From the human T2T-CHM13v2.0 reference genome, Homo sapiens, in the NCBI RefSeq assembly GCF_009914755.1, contig NC_060931.1: a DNA stretch of 64,000 bases; one strand, written 5' to 3'. The notes under the pieces are model-generated. The model was not told where the DNA came from. It did no database searches and saw only the letters and a list, made by a program, of their open reading frames with translations. Shown piece after piece: positions 1 to 12,651 of this stretch; position 1 is the first letter of the stretch; each line of letters begins with the position of its first letter. The position numbers were made by a program, and so were the translations under genes.

Positions 1-235
1 ACTAGGGCACTGTTGAAACCTTTTGACATCTTTTGTGTATGTTTATCCAATTGTGATAAGATTGCATAGCAGTTAGGTAGGTGTTCCAAAACTGTATTTG
101 AATTTACAAAATTATAGACTACCTTTTAAGGTCTAGATTATCTCATTGTTACCAATGTATATTTCACTTTATTTTACTGATCCTCTACTGAGCTGCTTTC
201 ACAAAGCAATTTGTAAAGTACAAACAAACATCCTG

Positions 236-915
236 GGATTCTTATCCACAAGGAATACTTTCCAAGACACCCAAAAGGATGCCTGAAACCACAGATAGTA
301 TTGAACTCCATCTATCTTATGTTTTTTCCAATACATACATAACTATAATAAACTTTAACTTATAAATTAGTCACAGTAAAAGATTAACAATAACTTATAA
401 TAAACTAGAACAATTATAACAATATGTTTTAGTAAAAGTTACATGAATTTGATCTCTTTCTCTGTCTCTCTCTCTGCATCTCAAAATGTTTTATTTTATG
501 TACTGTAGTAATCTATTTTCAGAACGCAGTTGATGGTGGAAAACTGAAACCACAAAAGCAAAATCTTGCGATAAGGGGAAATGGATTAGTCCATATTCAC
601 AGTGCTATACAGATACTACCTGAGGCTGTGTAATTTATAAATAAAAGAGGTTTAATTGACTCACAGTTCTGCTTGGCTGGGGGGGCCCCAGGAACATACA
701 ATCACGACGAAAGATGAAGGAGAAGCAAATGGCTTCTTCACAAGGCCAAAGGAGAGAGAGTGCACAGGGAAACTGCCGCTTTTAAAACCACCAGACCTTG
801 TGAGAATTCCCTCACTATCAGGAGAACAGATGGGGGAAAATGCAAAACATGGAGATAACAATTCCAGGTGAGATTTGGGTGGGACACAGAGCCAAATCAT
901 ATAAGGGGACTATTA
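236..915 (+). mobile_element. MER44A (Tigger7-derived MITE), right terminal inverted repeat split by an MST LTR
   Basis: Matches recalled MER44A: cttatccacaaggaatactttccaagac..ggatgcctgaaaccacagatagta..aaactgaaaccacaaaagcaaaatcttgcgataagggg; the TIR remainder ggggactatta follows the LTR at 905. Confidence 0.8.
582..904 (-). mobile_element. MST-family (MaLR) solo LTR
   Basis: tggattagtcc..aagaggtttaattgactcacagttctg..gagatttgggtgggacacagagccaaatcatataa are the reverse-strand MST/THE1 LTR ends. Confidence 0.85.
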
Positions 916-1019
916 ATGGTGTAGAGTAGGTTATTTATTATCAATTATTAATTAATTAATAATTATTAATTATTATCAATGGTGTAGTGTATTTTAGTAT
1001 TATGGATCTTTAAGGTGAA

Positions 1020-1260
1020 AAGTTTTGTATTTTGGGCAGGAATACTACAAAAGTAAATCTGTGTTCTTCTTAGTGCATCATATCTGGGTTTATAGTCTAT
1101 TTGTCTCATGTATGGTAATGCTAACTTTGATCAAATTGATGACAAGGTAAGGACTCCTAGGTTTCTCCAGTGTAAAGTTATTTTTTTATTTGTAATTAAA
1201 ATTACTTCTATAAGAAATGAATTCATTTTTTATATTGGTGGATATAGGCTATTTGGAAGA
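1020..1260 (-). mobile_element. Old L1MC-type 3' UTR fragment
   Basis: ggcaggaatactac..tagtgcatcatatc..aactttgatc..tttctccagtgtaaagt resembles L1MC4/5 3' ends. Confidence 0.5.
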
Positions 1261-3364
1261 TTTGTATATATTTGGTTTAAAAGGAGTGTCTGGACACAGA
1301 AAATTCCCTTGTAAATATTTTTATTATTCTTTCCTGTACAACACGAAAGGGAACTAACAGAGTTCTAGACTGATCTTGATCCACATCTCCTACTTTGTTA
1401 GGTATAACTACAAGATTCATTAAGCAATTATTAAAGCTTAATTTAATAGTATTTTTCTTTTTAGATTATTTTGATATGGCTTTAAGTAGAATTGTAATAT
1501 TTTTATTATTTTTTAAAAATTCCATTTAGCTTTTAATTTTTAATTTTCTGGACACACAGTAGGTGCATATATTCATGCGGTACAGTACAAGAGACATATT
1601 GATACACACATGCAATGCCTAGTAATCACATCATGGTAAATGGGGTATCTATCACCTCAAGTATTAATCCTTTGTGTTATAATCTATCAAGTTTTAAACA
1701 GTTATGTTAAAATATACTATGTAATTATTGACTACAGTCACACTGTTTTGCTATCAAATACTAGGTTTTTTTTTTATTCTTTCTAATTATATTGTTTATG
1801 CCCATTAACCATACCCACTTCTCTCCCATTCTTGTACTACCCTTCCCAACCTCTGGTAACTATCATTCTACTGTCTATCTCCATGAGATTAACTGTTTTA
1901 TTTTTTTTGGCTCCCACAAATAAGCAAGAACATATGAAGTTTGTCTTTCTGTGCCTGGATTATTTCCCTTAACCTAATGACCTCCAGTTACATACATGCT
2001 ATTGCATATGAATGGATCTGTTTTTATGGCTGAATAGTACTCTATTGTTTATAAGTACCACATTTTCTTTATCTATTCTGCTGAACACAAGTTGCTTTCA
2101 AATCTTGGCTATTGTGAAGTGTTTCAATAAACATAGTAGTACAGATATATCTTCAATATGCTGATTTACTTTCTTTTGGATATATACCTAGCAGTGGGAT
2201 AGCTGGATAGTATGGTAGCTCTATTTTTAGCTTTTTGAAAAACCTCTATACTGTTCTCCATAGTGGATGCAGTAATTTACATTTCCACCAACAGTGTACA
2301 AGGTTTTCACTTTCTCCACATCCTTGCTACCATTTGTTGTTGCCTGTCTTTTGGATATATGCCATTTTAACTGTTGTAAGATGATATCTCATTGTAGTTT
2401 TTATTTGTATTTCTCTGATGATCAATGATATTGAGCACCGTTTCATATATCTGTTTGCCATTTGCATGTCTTCTTTTGAGAAATGTATACTCAGGTCCTT
2501 TGCCCTTTTTATAATTGGATTATTAGATTTTTTGCTATTGAATTGTTTGAGCTTCTTATATGTTGTGCTTATTAATCCCTTGTCAGATAGGTAGTTTGCA
2601 AATATTTCCTCCCATTCTATGAGTTGTCTCTTCACTTTGTGGATAGTTTCCTTTGTTTTCCAGAAAGTTTTTAAGTTCATATGATCCCGTGTGTCAATTT
2701 TTGCTTGTTGCCTGTGCTACAGGGGATATTACCAAGAAACCTTAGCAAAATCCAGTGTCCTAGAGAGTTTTGCCAATGTTTCTGTTTAGTAGTTTCATAA
2801 TTTTAGGTCTTAGATCTAAGTTCTTAATCCATTTTTATTTGATTTTTGTATATGGCAAAAGAGAGGAGTCTAGGTTTCATTCTACCACATATGAACATCT
2901 AGTTTTCCCAGCACTATTTATTGAAAAAAACTGTTCCTTCTCCAATATATGTTTATGGCATCTTTGTAAAAGAAAGAGTTTACTGTAGATGTATGAATTT
3001 GTTTCTTGGTTCTCTATTCTGTTCCTTTAGTTGGTGTGTCTGTTTTTATGTCAGTACCATGCTGTTTTGGTTACTATAGCTCTGTACTATAATTTGAAGT
3101 CAGGTAATGTGATTCCTCCAGTTTTGTTCTTTTTGCTCAGGATAGCTAGGGCTCTTCTGGTACTTTTGTACCCCATACACATTTTAGGATAGTTTAATTT
3201 CTGTGAAGAATGTTGGTATTTTGATAGAGATTGCATTGAATCTGTACACTGCTTTGGGTAGTTCAGACATTTTAACAATATTGATTTTTTTCAATCCATG
3301 AACATGGAATAGTTTTCCATTTTTGGTGTCTTCTTTAAGTTCTTTAATCAATGTTTTTTCTCTC

Positions 3365-4481
3365 TTTTTTTAACTTTTATTTTAGGTTTGGGGGTACATG
3401 TGAGATTTTGTTACATAGGTAAATTCATGTTGTTCTACAAATTATTTCATCACCCAGGTATTAAGCCCAGTAGCCAATAGTTATTTATTCTTCTTCTCTC
3501 CCCCTTCCCAGCCTCCTCCATCAAGAAGACCCCAGTATCTGTTATTTCCTTTTTTGTGTTCATAGGTTCTCATCATTTAGCTTCAATTTATAAGTAAGAA
3601 CATACAATATTTGGTTTTCTTTTCCTGTGTAAGTTTGCTAAGAATAGTAGCCTCCAGCTTCATCCATGTTCCCACAAAGGACATGATCTTATTCTTTTTT
3701 ATGACTGCATAGTATATTCTATGGTGTATATGTACCACGTTTTCTTCATCAGTTACAGCAACACCCACATGCAAAGATGAGAAAGAACAAACAAAAGAAC
3801 TCTGGTAGCTCAAATGTCCAGAGTGTCATGTCTTCTAAATTACCATACCAGTTTTCCAACAAGAGTTCTTAACCAGGCTGAGCTGGCTGGAATGACAGAA
3901 ATAGAATTTAGAATATGGATAGAAAAAAAAATAATCAAAATTCAGGAAGGTAAAAAAAAAATGAATCCAAGGAAACTGAAAATTACAAAAAAGCAGTATA
4001 GGAGCTGAAGGACAAAATAGTCAGTATAAAAGAAACTTACAGAGCTGACAGAGCTGAACAACACAAGAATTCCACAATGCAATTACAAGTTTTAACAATA
4101 GAACAGATCAAACTGGGGAAAGAATCTCAGAACTTGAAGACTGGCTCTTTGAAATAAAACAGTCAGTCAAAAATAAAGAAATTTTGAATTTAAAGAAAAT
4201 AAGAATAAAAAGGAATGAACAAAACCTCCAAGAAGTATGGAATTTTATAGAGATCAACCCTACAAATCATTGGCATCCCTGAAAGGGAGAGGGAGAAAGC
4301 AAACAACTTGAAAAACATATTTTAAAGTATTGTCTATGAAAACTTCCCCAACCTTGCTAGAGAGGCCAACAGTAAAATTCAGGAAATACAGAGAACTCCT
4401 GCCAGACTCTACACAAGGTTATCCCCAAGATACATAATCATCAGATTTTCCAAGGTCAAAATGAAAGAATGTTAAAGAAAG
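3365..4481. mobile_element. Old L1PA-type insertion with inversion: 3' end (-) 3365-3752 fused to ORF1 (+) 3753-4481
   Basis: Minus ORF2 tail peptide KIMSFVGTWMKLEATILSKLTQEKKTKY; plus ORF1 peptide VLNQAELAGMTEIEFRIWI. Confidence 0.85.
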
Positions 4482-5092
4482 CTTTGAATAAACTTTCTGC
4501 CCCTGTCTCTCTCGCTACCTCCTCTTTAAGGCCAATAACTGCTAGATTTGTCCTTTCCCATGCTATTTTTGAGATCCTGTAGGTGTGTTTTATTTTTTTT
4601 TCTTTTTTCTCCTGGACTATGTATTTTCAAACAGGCTGTTTTCAAGCTCACTAAGTCTTTTTCCGCTTGATCCATTCTGCTACTGAAAGACTTTGATGCA
4701 TTCTTCAGTATTGTCAACTGCATTTTTCAACTTTAAAATTTCTGCTAATTTCTGTTTAATTACTTTAATCTCATTTAAAAATTTATGTGATAGGATTCTG
4801 AATTCCATCTCTGTGTTATCTTGAGTTTCATTGTAATTTCTCAACACAGCTATTTTGAATTCTCTGTCTGAAAGGTTGTATATCTTTTTATCTCCAGAAT
4901 TGGTCCCTGTTTCCTTATGTATTTCATTTGGTGAGATCATGTTTTCCTGATTTTCTTGATGCTGGTGGGTGTTTGTCGTTGTCTGAGCATTTAAGAGTTA
5001 GGTATTGACTATAGTTTCTGCAGATTGGGCTTATTTGTACCCTTCTTTCTTAGAAAGGCTTCCCATGCATTCAAAGGGATTTGGGTGTAATC

Positions 5093-5441
5093 TGTATTAG
5101 TCCATTCTCACACTGGTATAAAGACATATCCGACACTGGGCAATTCTTGAAGAAAAGAGATTTAATTGACTTACAGTTCCACAAGCTGTACAGAAAGCAT
5201 GGCTGGGTAGGCCTTAGGAAATTTACAATCATTGTGGAAGGGGAAGCCAGTACATCCTACATGACTGTTGCAGGAGAAAAAGAGAGAGATGGGGGAGGTG
5301 CTACACACTTTCAGTCAACCAGATCTCATCAGATCTCTATCACAAAAATAGCGATCACCTCCCACTAGGCCCCTTCTCCACACTGGGAACTACAATTCAA
5401 TAGGAGATTTTGGTGGGGAAACAGAACCAAACCATATATCA
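5093..5441 (-). mobile_element. MSTA-like solo LTR inserted in the L1
   Basis: tgtattagtccattctcac..aagctgtacagaaagcatgg..aaccatatatca; degenerate 5-bp TSD taatc/ggatc. Confidence 0.88.
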
Positions 5442-5799
5442 GGATCTATGCCTTATCTTCATTAGACGGTACCTCAAGCCCAGTAACACTGTTGTTTTTG
5501 TGGACTAACAGAGGTATTGCCTTTGTGATATTGAGTAAGATTCAAAATAATTCTCTGGTTTACCAGGCAGATACTCTTATTCCCTTCCCTTATTTTCTCC
5601 CAAACAAAAAGAGTCTTTCTCTCACTCTCTATCTGCTGAGCCACCTAGAGCAGGGGGTACGGTAAGACAAGCACCCCTTTAACCACTACCACTGGTAATG
5701 TGTTGGGTCAGACCTGAAGCTAGCACAGCAGTTGGGCTCACTCAAGGCCCACTGTAATCACTCCCTGGCTGCCATCTATGTATTACTCAAGGCCCTCAA

Positions 5800-6590
5800 G
5801 CTCTGCAGTCAGCATGTGGTGAAGCCAGCCAGGCTTGTGTTCTTCCCTTAGAGGTGGCAAGTTTCCCCAGGCCCTAGGCAGTTCCAGAGATGCTGTGCTG
5901 GAGCAAGGGCCTGGTGTCAAAAGTCTTAGAAATTCATATGGTGCTTTATACTACTGTGGCTAAGCTGACACTCAAATCACAAGAAAAAGTTTCTCCCACT
6001 CTTCTATCCCCTTTCCAAAGGCAGAGGAGCCTCCCCCATGACTGCCACAACAGCAGGACTATAGAGAGTACTGCCAGGCTACCCCTGATGTTTCCTTAAT
6101 GCCCAAGGGCATTTAAGTCAGCTTATGGTGAATGCTGCCAGGCTTGAGTCTCCCCGTTCAGGGAAGTGGGATCCCCTCTGGCCCAGTGTAGGTCCAGAAA
6201 TGCCATTCAAGAGACAAGGCCTGGAATTAAGTGCCCCAAGAACACATTTGGTGCTCTACCCTGCTGTGGCCAAGGTGGTACCTAAGATGCAAAAAATCCT
6301 CTTTACTTTTCTCTCTGCTTTTCTCAAGCAGATGGAGTTCTCTCACCTTAGCCTGAGGGCTCTTTAGTCAGCAGGTAATAAATCGTGTCTGTAGTACTGG
6401 ATTTTTCCTTCAAGACAGCGAGTTCCCTTCTGGCCCACAGTATGTCTAGAAATGTCATCCAGAAACTAGGGCCTGGAACAAGGGCCTCAAGACTCTGCCT
6501 AGTGCTTTCTCTTACTGTGGCTAAGCGGGTATCCAAGATGCAAGACAAAGCTCTCTTTACTCTTCCCGCGCCTCTACTCAAGCAGAAGAT
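5800..6590 (-). repeat. Three diverged tandem units (~230-280 bp) in the L1 5' UTR
   Basis: Recurring gtccagaaatg..ggcctgga..ggtgct(c/t)t..ctgtggc..aagatgcaa motif near 5880, 6190 and 6445. Confidence 0.75.
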
Positions 6591-9500
6591 AAGTCATTTT
6601 TTTCAGTGCTACAAGCTGTGTTGCCTGGGGCTGGGTGGAGGGGCGGTGCAAGCACTCCCTTAGCCTCCCTGACTGGCATTTCACGAGGTCATGTGTCCTC
6701 TATGTCCACTGGCTCTGAGCCCAGCACAGCACTAGAACTTGCCTAGGAATTGCAGTCCTTGTGATTTAGACTGCCTTTTAAGTTTATTTAGAACCCCAAA
6801 GCCCTTTAGCCTATGGTAACAAGGCTTTCTGGAATAAAAAACCACTGGGATGGGTGATTCCCCTTTGGCTTGGGGTAGTCTACACACTCCTTCTGTGGGT
6901 GGGTGTCAGCTGAATTCATCTGGTTTTGCCTTCTACTATGATAGGGTAGCACTGAGTTCAATGCATATTCCCACAGGCATTGCTCACTTCCTCCCTGAAA
7001 AGCTGAGATTCCCTCTTCATGCCACACATCCACTGCCAGAACATGGAGAAGGGGTAGTGTCAGCAACTCAAGACTGTCTTTCCTAATGTCTTCAGTGCTT
7101 CTCTCAGTGATATGAAGTTAAAACCAGGACTGTGATTGCTCACTTGATTTTTTATTCTTATGAAATTGCTTTTTTGTCTAGATATCAACTTTGATGTTCC
7201 TGTTTGGGGTTGGGGGACAATAAGTAAGGGCTTCTATTCAGCTGTTACCTTTCCCTTAACTAGAAATTTAGTTGAGATCAACCACGTCTATCTTGATAAT
7301 TTCTGAAAATATTTTCTAGGGCTAAACATCTTCCTGTAATGGTAAAAGCAAATTTTCTTATTTTTTCTTTCAAAACATATACTTTATTTTGATATTTTTA
7401 AGGAGGCAATATCTCAGTTCATTTTCATGGTGGAGATGAGTTATAGTCCTGAGTTCAATAAATAATTAAGCATTTACTAAAGAAGCTTCATCTATTTCTC
7501 CAGCTTTTTCATATTGACTCACCCATCTGGCAACTTTTTACTAATATCAAAATCGCTCTGCACACAAAAATAATCCTTTCCTCACAAGAAACTGCAAAGT
7601 TGTGAAAACAGAAATAATGCATTTCCACTATAAAAAACCAAAACACCGTTATTAAATACTGACATGTAATCCTTTCTAGAGTAGTTGTATTAAGGCAACA
7701 TATATCATATTCTGATTGAAGTATATTTTATAAGAGCACCATTCATAAAGGGTGAGCACTGTGTCACTTGACAGATATGTATGTTCTGGGCACTGGAGCC
7801 ATCACAATAATGACATTTGTGGCTCTTTGTCAGAAAGCTTATCTTTCGCATTTCATGAAGACAGTGAACGTTTCTTTAATTATAGCTTCTCCCATACTAC
7901 TCATTAATAGGAAAGTAGATGATTCACTAAATATGAATAGAAAATAAGCAATATATGCTTCTTATATTAACTTCCAATTATTTATCAAAGAGTTATCTGA
8001 AAAACTCACATATAGCTAAGAAACACCTGTCCTCGTCCTGTCCAAAATTATTTAGTTTTTGTTTAATATCCTTAATTTATATGCCATTGAGAGTCTTCTA
8101 TTCATATGTATCTTACTGCCTTATATACTTCTGAAATTTGGACACAAGGCCTAAATATCTATCTCACATGCTCCAAGGTTTCATTTCACTTTAATCCTTC
8201 TCTTTAGTTTAACAACTTACGTCCTCCCATTGAATTTTCAATTGTCTCTTCTTTTCAGTCTCAGTCTACTCACTGCTCTGGATAACTCCCACATCCTATT
8301 CAAACTTCTCAGACCAGACCATAAGAACTATATGTGGTCTTCTGCCTGACAGAAGTATTTAGACATTCTCTAGTCCCTCAGTAGTGATTCAACCCCTTAT
8401 TTTCCCTTTCTATACATATACTCTAGACCCGAGTACTTTCTATTCCATTAATATAAGAAATTAGTGAATTATCTTGATATAAATAATTTAGTTTTCTAAA
8501 AAATTCCACTTATTTTCTGATTTAAACATTTTGAACTACTAGAGTATACAGCGATTAGCGTCTATCAGAATAAGGAAACACTATTACAGCTCCCTAGTTT
8601 ACTGGCAACATGTACATTAAATGTGCTTATGAGCATTTTAAAACATCCTGAAGCAATATTCTGTAAGAAAACTCTAGGAATTCTGCCAAATATTTTGTGA
8701 TTTGGCTGATATTCAAGAACTTTATGGGGCACAATTTTATTACCCCATTCTGCATGACATTGATTTGCCTTTGAACTCAACTAAAGTCCATTACTCCATA
8801 ACTCAAGTTAATGGGTATATAGATAGGAAATTTCCTTACCACAGCAGTATTTCTCTCAATATTTTTTATTTATTAAATTTATTAGATGCTCAAAATCAAT
8901 CAATTTCTAGGAGCACTTCAGAGAGTAATAAAGGATGATACTGAAATGTATACATTTCTGCAAATCCAGTATGAAACAGAGTTTCAAGAGAGATTTCCAT
9001 GTAATAGAGGCCACAGAATTTATCTTGCTTCTCTGGATTTCTGTAATTTTTTAATTGCCTATAATACTTTGTTCAAAAAATTCAATAATTTTAAAATGTA
9101 GTGATGATAAATGACTTTTATACCAGATATTTACTTATTCAATAAATAACTAAAAGTCTTAGTACAGTACTTCACATGCACAGAGTCTGGTATAATTTTG
9201 ATTGGTTTATAATGGAACTACTTTTTAATGTACTACCTGGAATAGCACATTTGACAAAGAAAGAAATTTAATCCTAGATAGCTGAACAATGAGCTATCAA
9301 TGAATAATTGAGAGCTTTAAAATGATTCCCCTCACTCAAATATTCACATGTGGATGTTGAGTCACTAATCAAAGCCATGGTTCTGCAAAGGAACTAAATT
9401 ACATCAAAAGACAGTCACAGCTGATATCCCAAGGGATTAGCAAAGAGTCCATCTACAGCCCAACTAATCCACCCCTAGATAACATGCCTAAGATCCAAAT

Positions 9501-9609
9501 ACTCTTTTAGAAATCCAAATTGCATGTCCTTGTACACAGCACACTACATTGCATTTTAGCTAACAGAAGATAAAGACAGTGGAAGAGGAGAAGAAGAAAA
9601 TGAATTTTT

Positions 9610-11880
9610 CATATTGAACATACCCATGTAATCATCCCATGATTAAGAAAAGAATGTTACTATCCCTCAAGTGCCTCCTTTTTGAGTACCTCCCTCTCTC
9701 ACCACCAGCCACTAGGATAATCACTATTCTGATTTCTAACATAGATTAGTTTACCTGATTGTACTCTTCATATAAAGGGGATCATAAAATGTAGTTTCAT
9801 GTCTGGCTTCTTTTACTTATTATTATGTTTATGAAATTCAATTCTATTGCTGCACATAGTGAATTTTCCATTCCATTTGTTATATATCATTATATTCTAG
9901 ACAGATGTGCCATAATTTGTCTAATATATTGTTGATATTAACATATTATGTTGCTATGAAGATTTGATATTTTACCAGATTTTTCAATTTTTACTTTGGA
10001 AATTTCTTTGAGTATATACCTGGATTTTAATTTCCAGACTATAAAGTGTGCACATGTCCATCTTTACTAGATACTGGCCAACAGTTATTTGAAGAATTTA
10101 TGATCTCACCAGCAATGTATGAGAATTTAAATTTGTATACATCATCAAAACATTTGAATTTATTGTCTATTTTTTAATTTAGTCAGGCTGGTGGGTGTGT
10201 AGTGCTAGCAAATGAAGTTTTAATTTGCATTTCTTTGATGTCTATATAGAGTGACTTTTCATGTTATTCAGCCACTTGAATATGATTTTATGCGAAAAGC
10301 TTTTAAAAGATCGTATACTTAGCAAATGTTTCTTTTGTGTTTTCTCTGACTTTCTGATTTGTGGGAGTTTTAAAAATATACTAAATATAGTAGTTATATG
10401 TTAGATACACTATGAAAACATCTCTCATATGGTTTGTACTTTATGCTTTTATTTCTATTATTTGATGAAAAGCAGTTCTTAATATTAATTTATTTCAACA
10501 CATCTTTATTATCAATAGCACTATTAAAATTCTGTTTAAGATATATTTAACTGTCTTAGTTATGAAGTAGCATTCATTTGTTTTCTTATAAATAATTTGT
10601 TTATATTTAATGATTAGACATGAAATCTGTCGTAGTTTGTCTTTCATTCTTTGTGCTTTTGTTGGTACATAGAATGCAAATTTTTATACCAGTGTTGCAT
10701 GTATGATGATGCCAAATTCACTGTTATTCCTAATAGTCTATCTTTGATGGCAAAATCAATATAAGAAGGTGCTGAACATTAATATTGATTAGGAAAAATG
10801 CAGAATATTCCATAATGGTCACATATTGACTAGAAAGCTCAAATTAAATAACAACAACACTGACCATATCACATTTTGGTGAGTATTTGGAGCAATTAGA
10901 ATTTACACATACCTGTCATGAGAATGTAACATGGTACAGTTCATTTGGAAAAGAATTTGGAAGTTTCTCAAAAAGGTAAACATGTATGTGCACTGTAGCT
11001 CAACCATATCATTTTCAGATATCTACCCAAGAGATATGTGACAATATGTAGAAGGGAAATGTATGGCAAAAAGCAAATACCAGGTAAAGGGAGAGGGACA
11101 CGTATGGTTGTATACTTATCCGATGTATGAAGTGATGCAATATTATCTGAACATTGAATATGATCATTAAGACATACTGTAAACCCTAAAATAATTACTA
11201 AATCTTATGTCATAATTATCATATTATATAAACGTATACTTGTATGTTTTCTAGGTTAAAGAAAAACCTTTGGGAAACGTATGTTTGGAAAATTGAGACT
11301 TATTTTTTATGTAAAATAACCTTGAGGTTTAATTTACATAAAATTCACCTAATGTAATGTACAGTTCTATGAGTTTTCACAAGCATATAGAGTCGTGTAC
11401 ACCAAGCAATAATAAAGATATAGAACCTTCTATCGCAAAAAAAATTTCTCGATATCCCATTGTTGTCAACCCCTTTCTTCATGCAAAATTCATGTCTGAA
11501 ATTTATTTGTTTCTTGTTCATTAATTTTTTTCTTTTCCATATTTATCAAACACACACAAACACACGCAAACATTTACATAGAAGTTTTTGGGTAAACATA
11601 TGTTTTCAATTATCTTCCATAAACAGCTTGTTGTGGAATTGATGGTTCAGGTGATAAGTATATGTTTCACTTGGTAACAAACTTCCAAAATGCATTTTAA
11701 AGAGGCTGCATCAGTTTGCATCCCCATCAATCGTGTATGAATATTTAATTCACATCTTCACTAGCATTTGTATTTCCAGGTATTTGCTTGTTTTGTTCGT
11801 TTTCCATTCCAGTAGCTATGCAGTGGTATCTAATTGTGATTTAACGTACATGTCCTTAAGGACTAAGGATGTTGAGCACG
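9610..11880. mobile_element. Mosaic of ancient L1M (L1MC/ME-type) fragments
   Basis: Degenerate L1 3'-end motifs on minus (tctggcttcttttactt, ctcaccagcaatgtatgaga, ttaatttgcatttc) and on plus at ~10790-11040. Confidence 0.65.
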
Positions 11881-12233
11881 TTTTCTTTCCTTTTATTTTT
11901 ACTTGATATGTATTAATTGTACACATTTATGGAACACAGGGTGATATTTTTGTGTACAACGTGTACTGATCAAATCAGGGTAATTAGCATATCCATCACC
12001 TCAAACCTTGGTTATTTCTTTGTGTTGTGAACATTTAAAATTCTCTCCTTTAAGTTTTAAGAACATAACAACAAATTGTAGTCAACTATATTCACCCTAC
12101 AGGGATGCAGTACAACTGAACTACTTTCTTTCTAATCCCCTAACACTTGATACCTGTTAAACAACTTCTCCCCATTCTTCCCTCCCTCTACCCTCCCCAG
12201 CTACTAAAACCCACAATTTTACTCTGTACTTTC

Positions 12234-12530
12234 TTTTTGTTTTGTTTTTTTTTTTTTTTTGAGACGGAGTGTCGCTCTTTCGCCCAGGCCGGACTGCAGT
12301 GGCGCTATCTCAGCTCACTGCAAGCTCTGCCGCCCAGGTTCACGCCATACTCCTCCGGAGTAGCTGGGACTACAGGCGCCCACCACCGCGCCCGGCTAAT
12401 TTTTTGTATTTTTAGTAGAGACGGGGTTTCACCGTGTTAGCCAGGATGGTCTTGATCTCCTGACCTCATGATCTGCCCGCCTCGGCCTCCCAAAGTGCTG
12501 GGATTACAGGCGTGAGCCACCGCGCCCGGC
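12234..12530 (-). mobile_element. Young Alu, AluY lineage (AluYe-like)
   Basis: CpG-rich; diagnostic-like GAGATAGCGCC..GCAGTCCGGCCTGGGCGAAAGAGCG on minus; perfect 15-bp TSD ttactctgtactttc (12219-12233 / 12531-12545). Confidence 0.93.
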
Positions 12531-12611
12531 TTACTCTGTACTTTCATGAGCTGAAGTTTGTTTTTTTTAATTTTTAGTGAAAATATGTGCTATTCTCTTT
12601 CTGTGCCTCAG

Positions 12612-12612
<1 letters not shown>

Positions 12613-12648
<36 letters not shown>
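12613..12648. repeat. (TG)n microsatellite
   Basis: Direct reading. Confidence 0.97.

Positions 12649-12651
<3 letters not shown>

Larger units (their letters stand above)
1530..7250 (-). mobile_element. L1MA-type LINE-1 (3' UTR, ORF2 3' end, ORF1, 5' UTR), internally deleted and interrupted
   Basis: 3' UTR from ~1530; ORF2 C-terminal peptide in ORF 2327-2680 (..[14 protein letters not shown]..); ORF1-like 4481-4940 (YNLSDREFKIAVLR); GC-richer 5' UTR 5442-7250. Confidence 0.9.

Noticed and set aside
912-990. AT-only stretch flanked by repeated aatggtgtag
   Set aside because: It is a low-complexity slippage product with no further structure.
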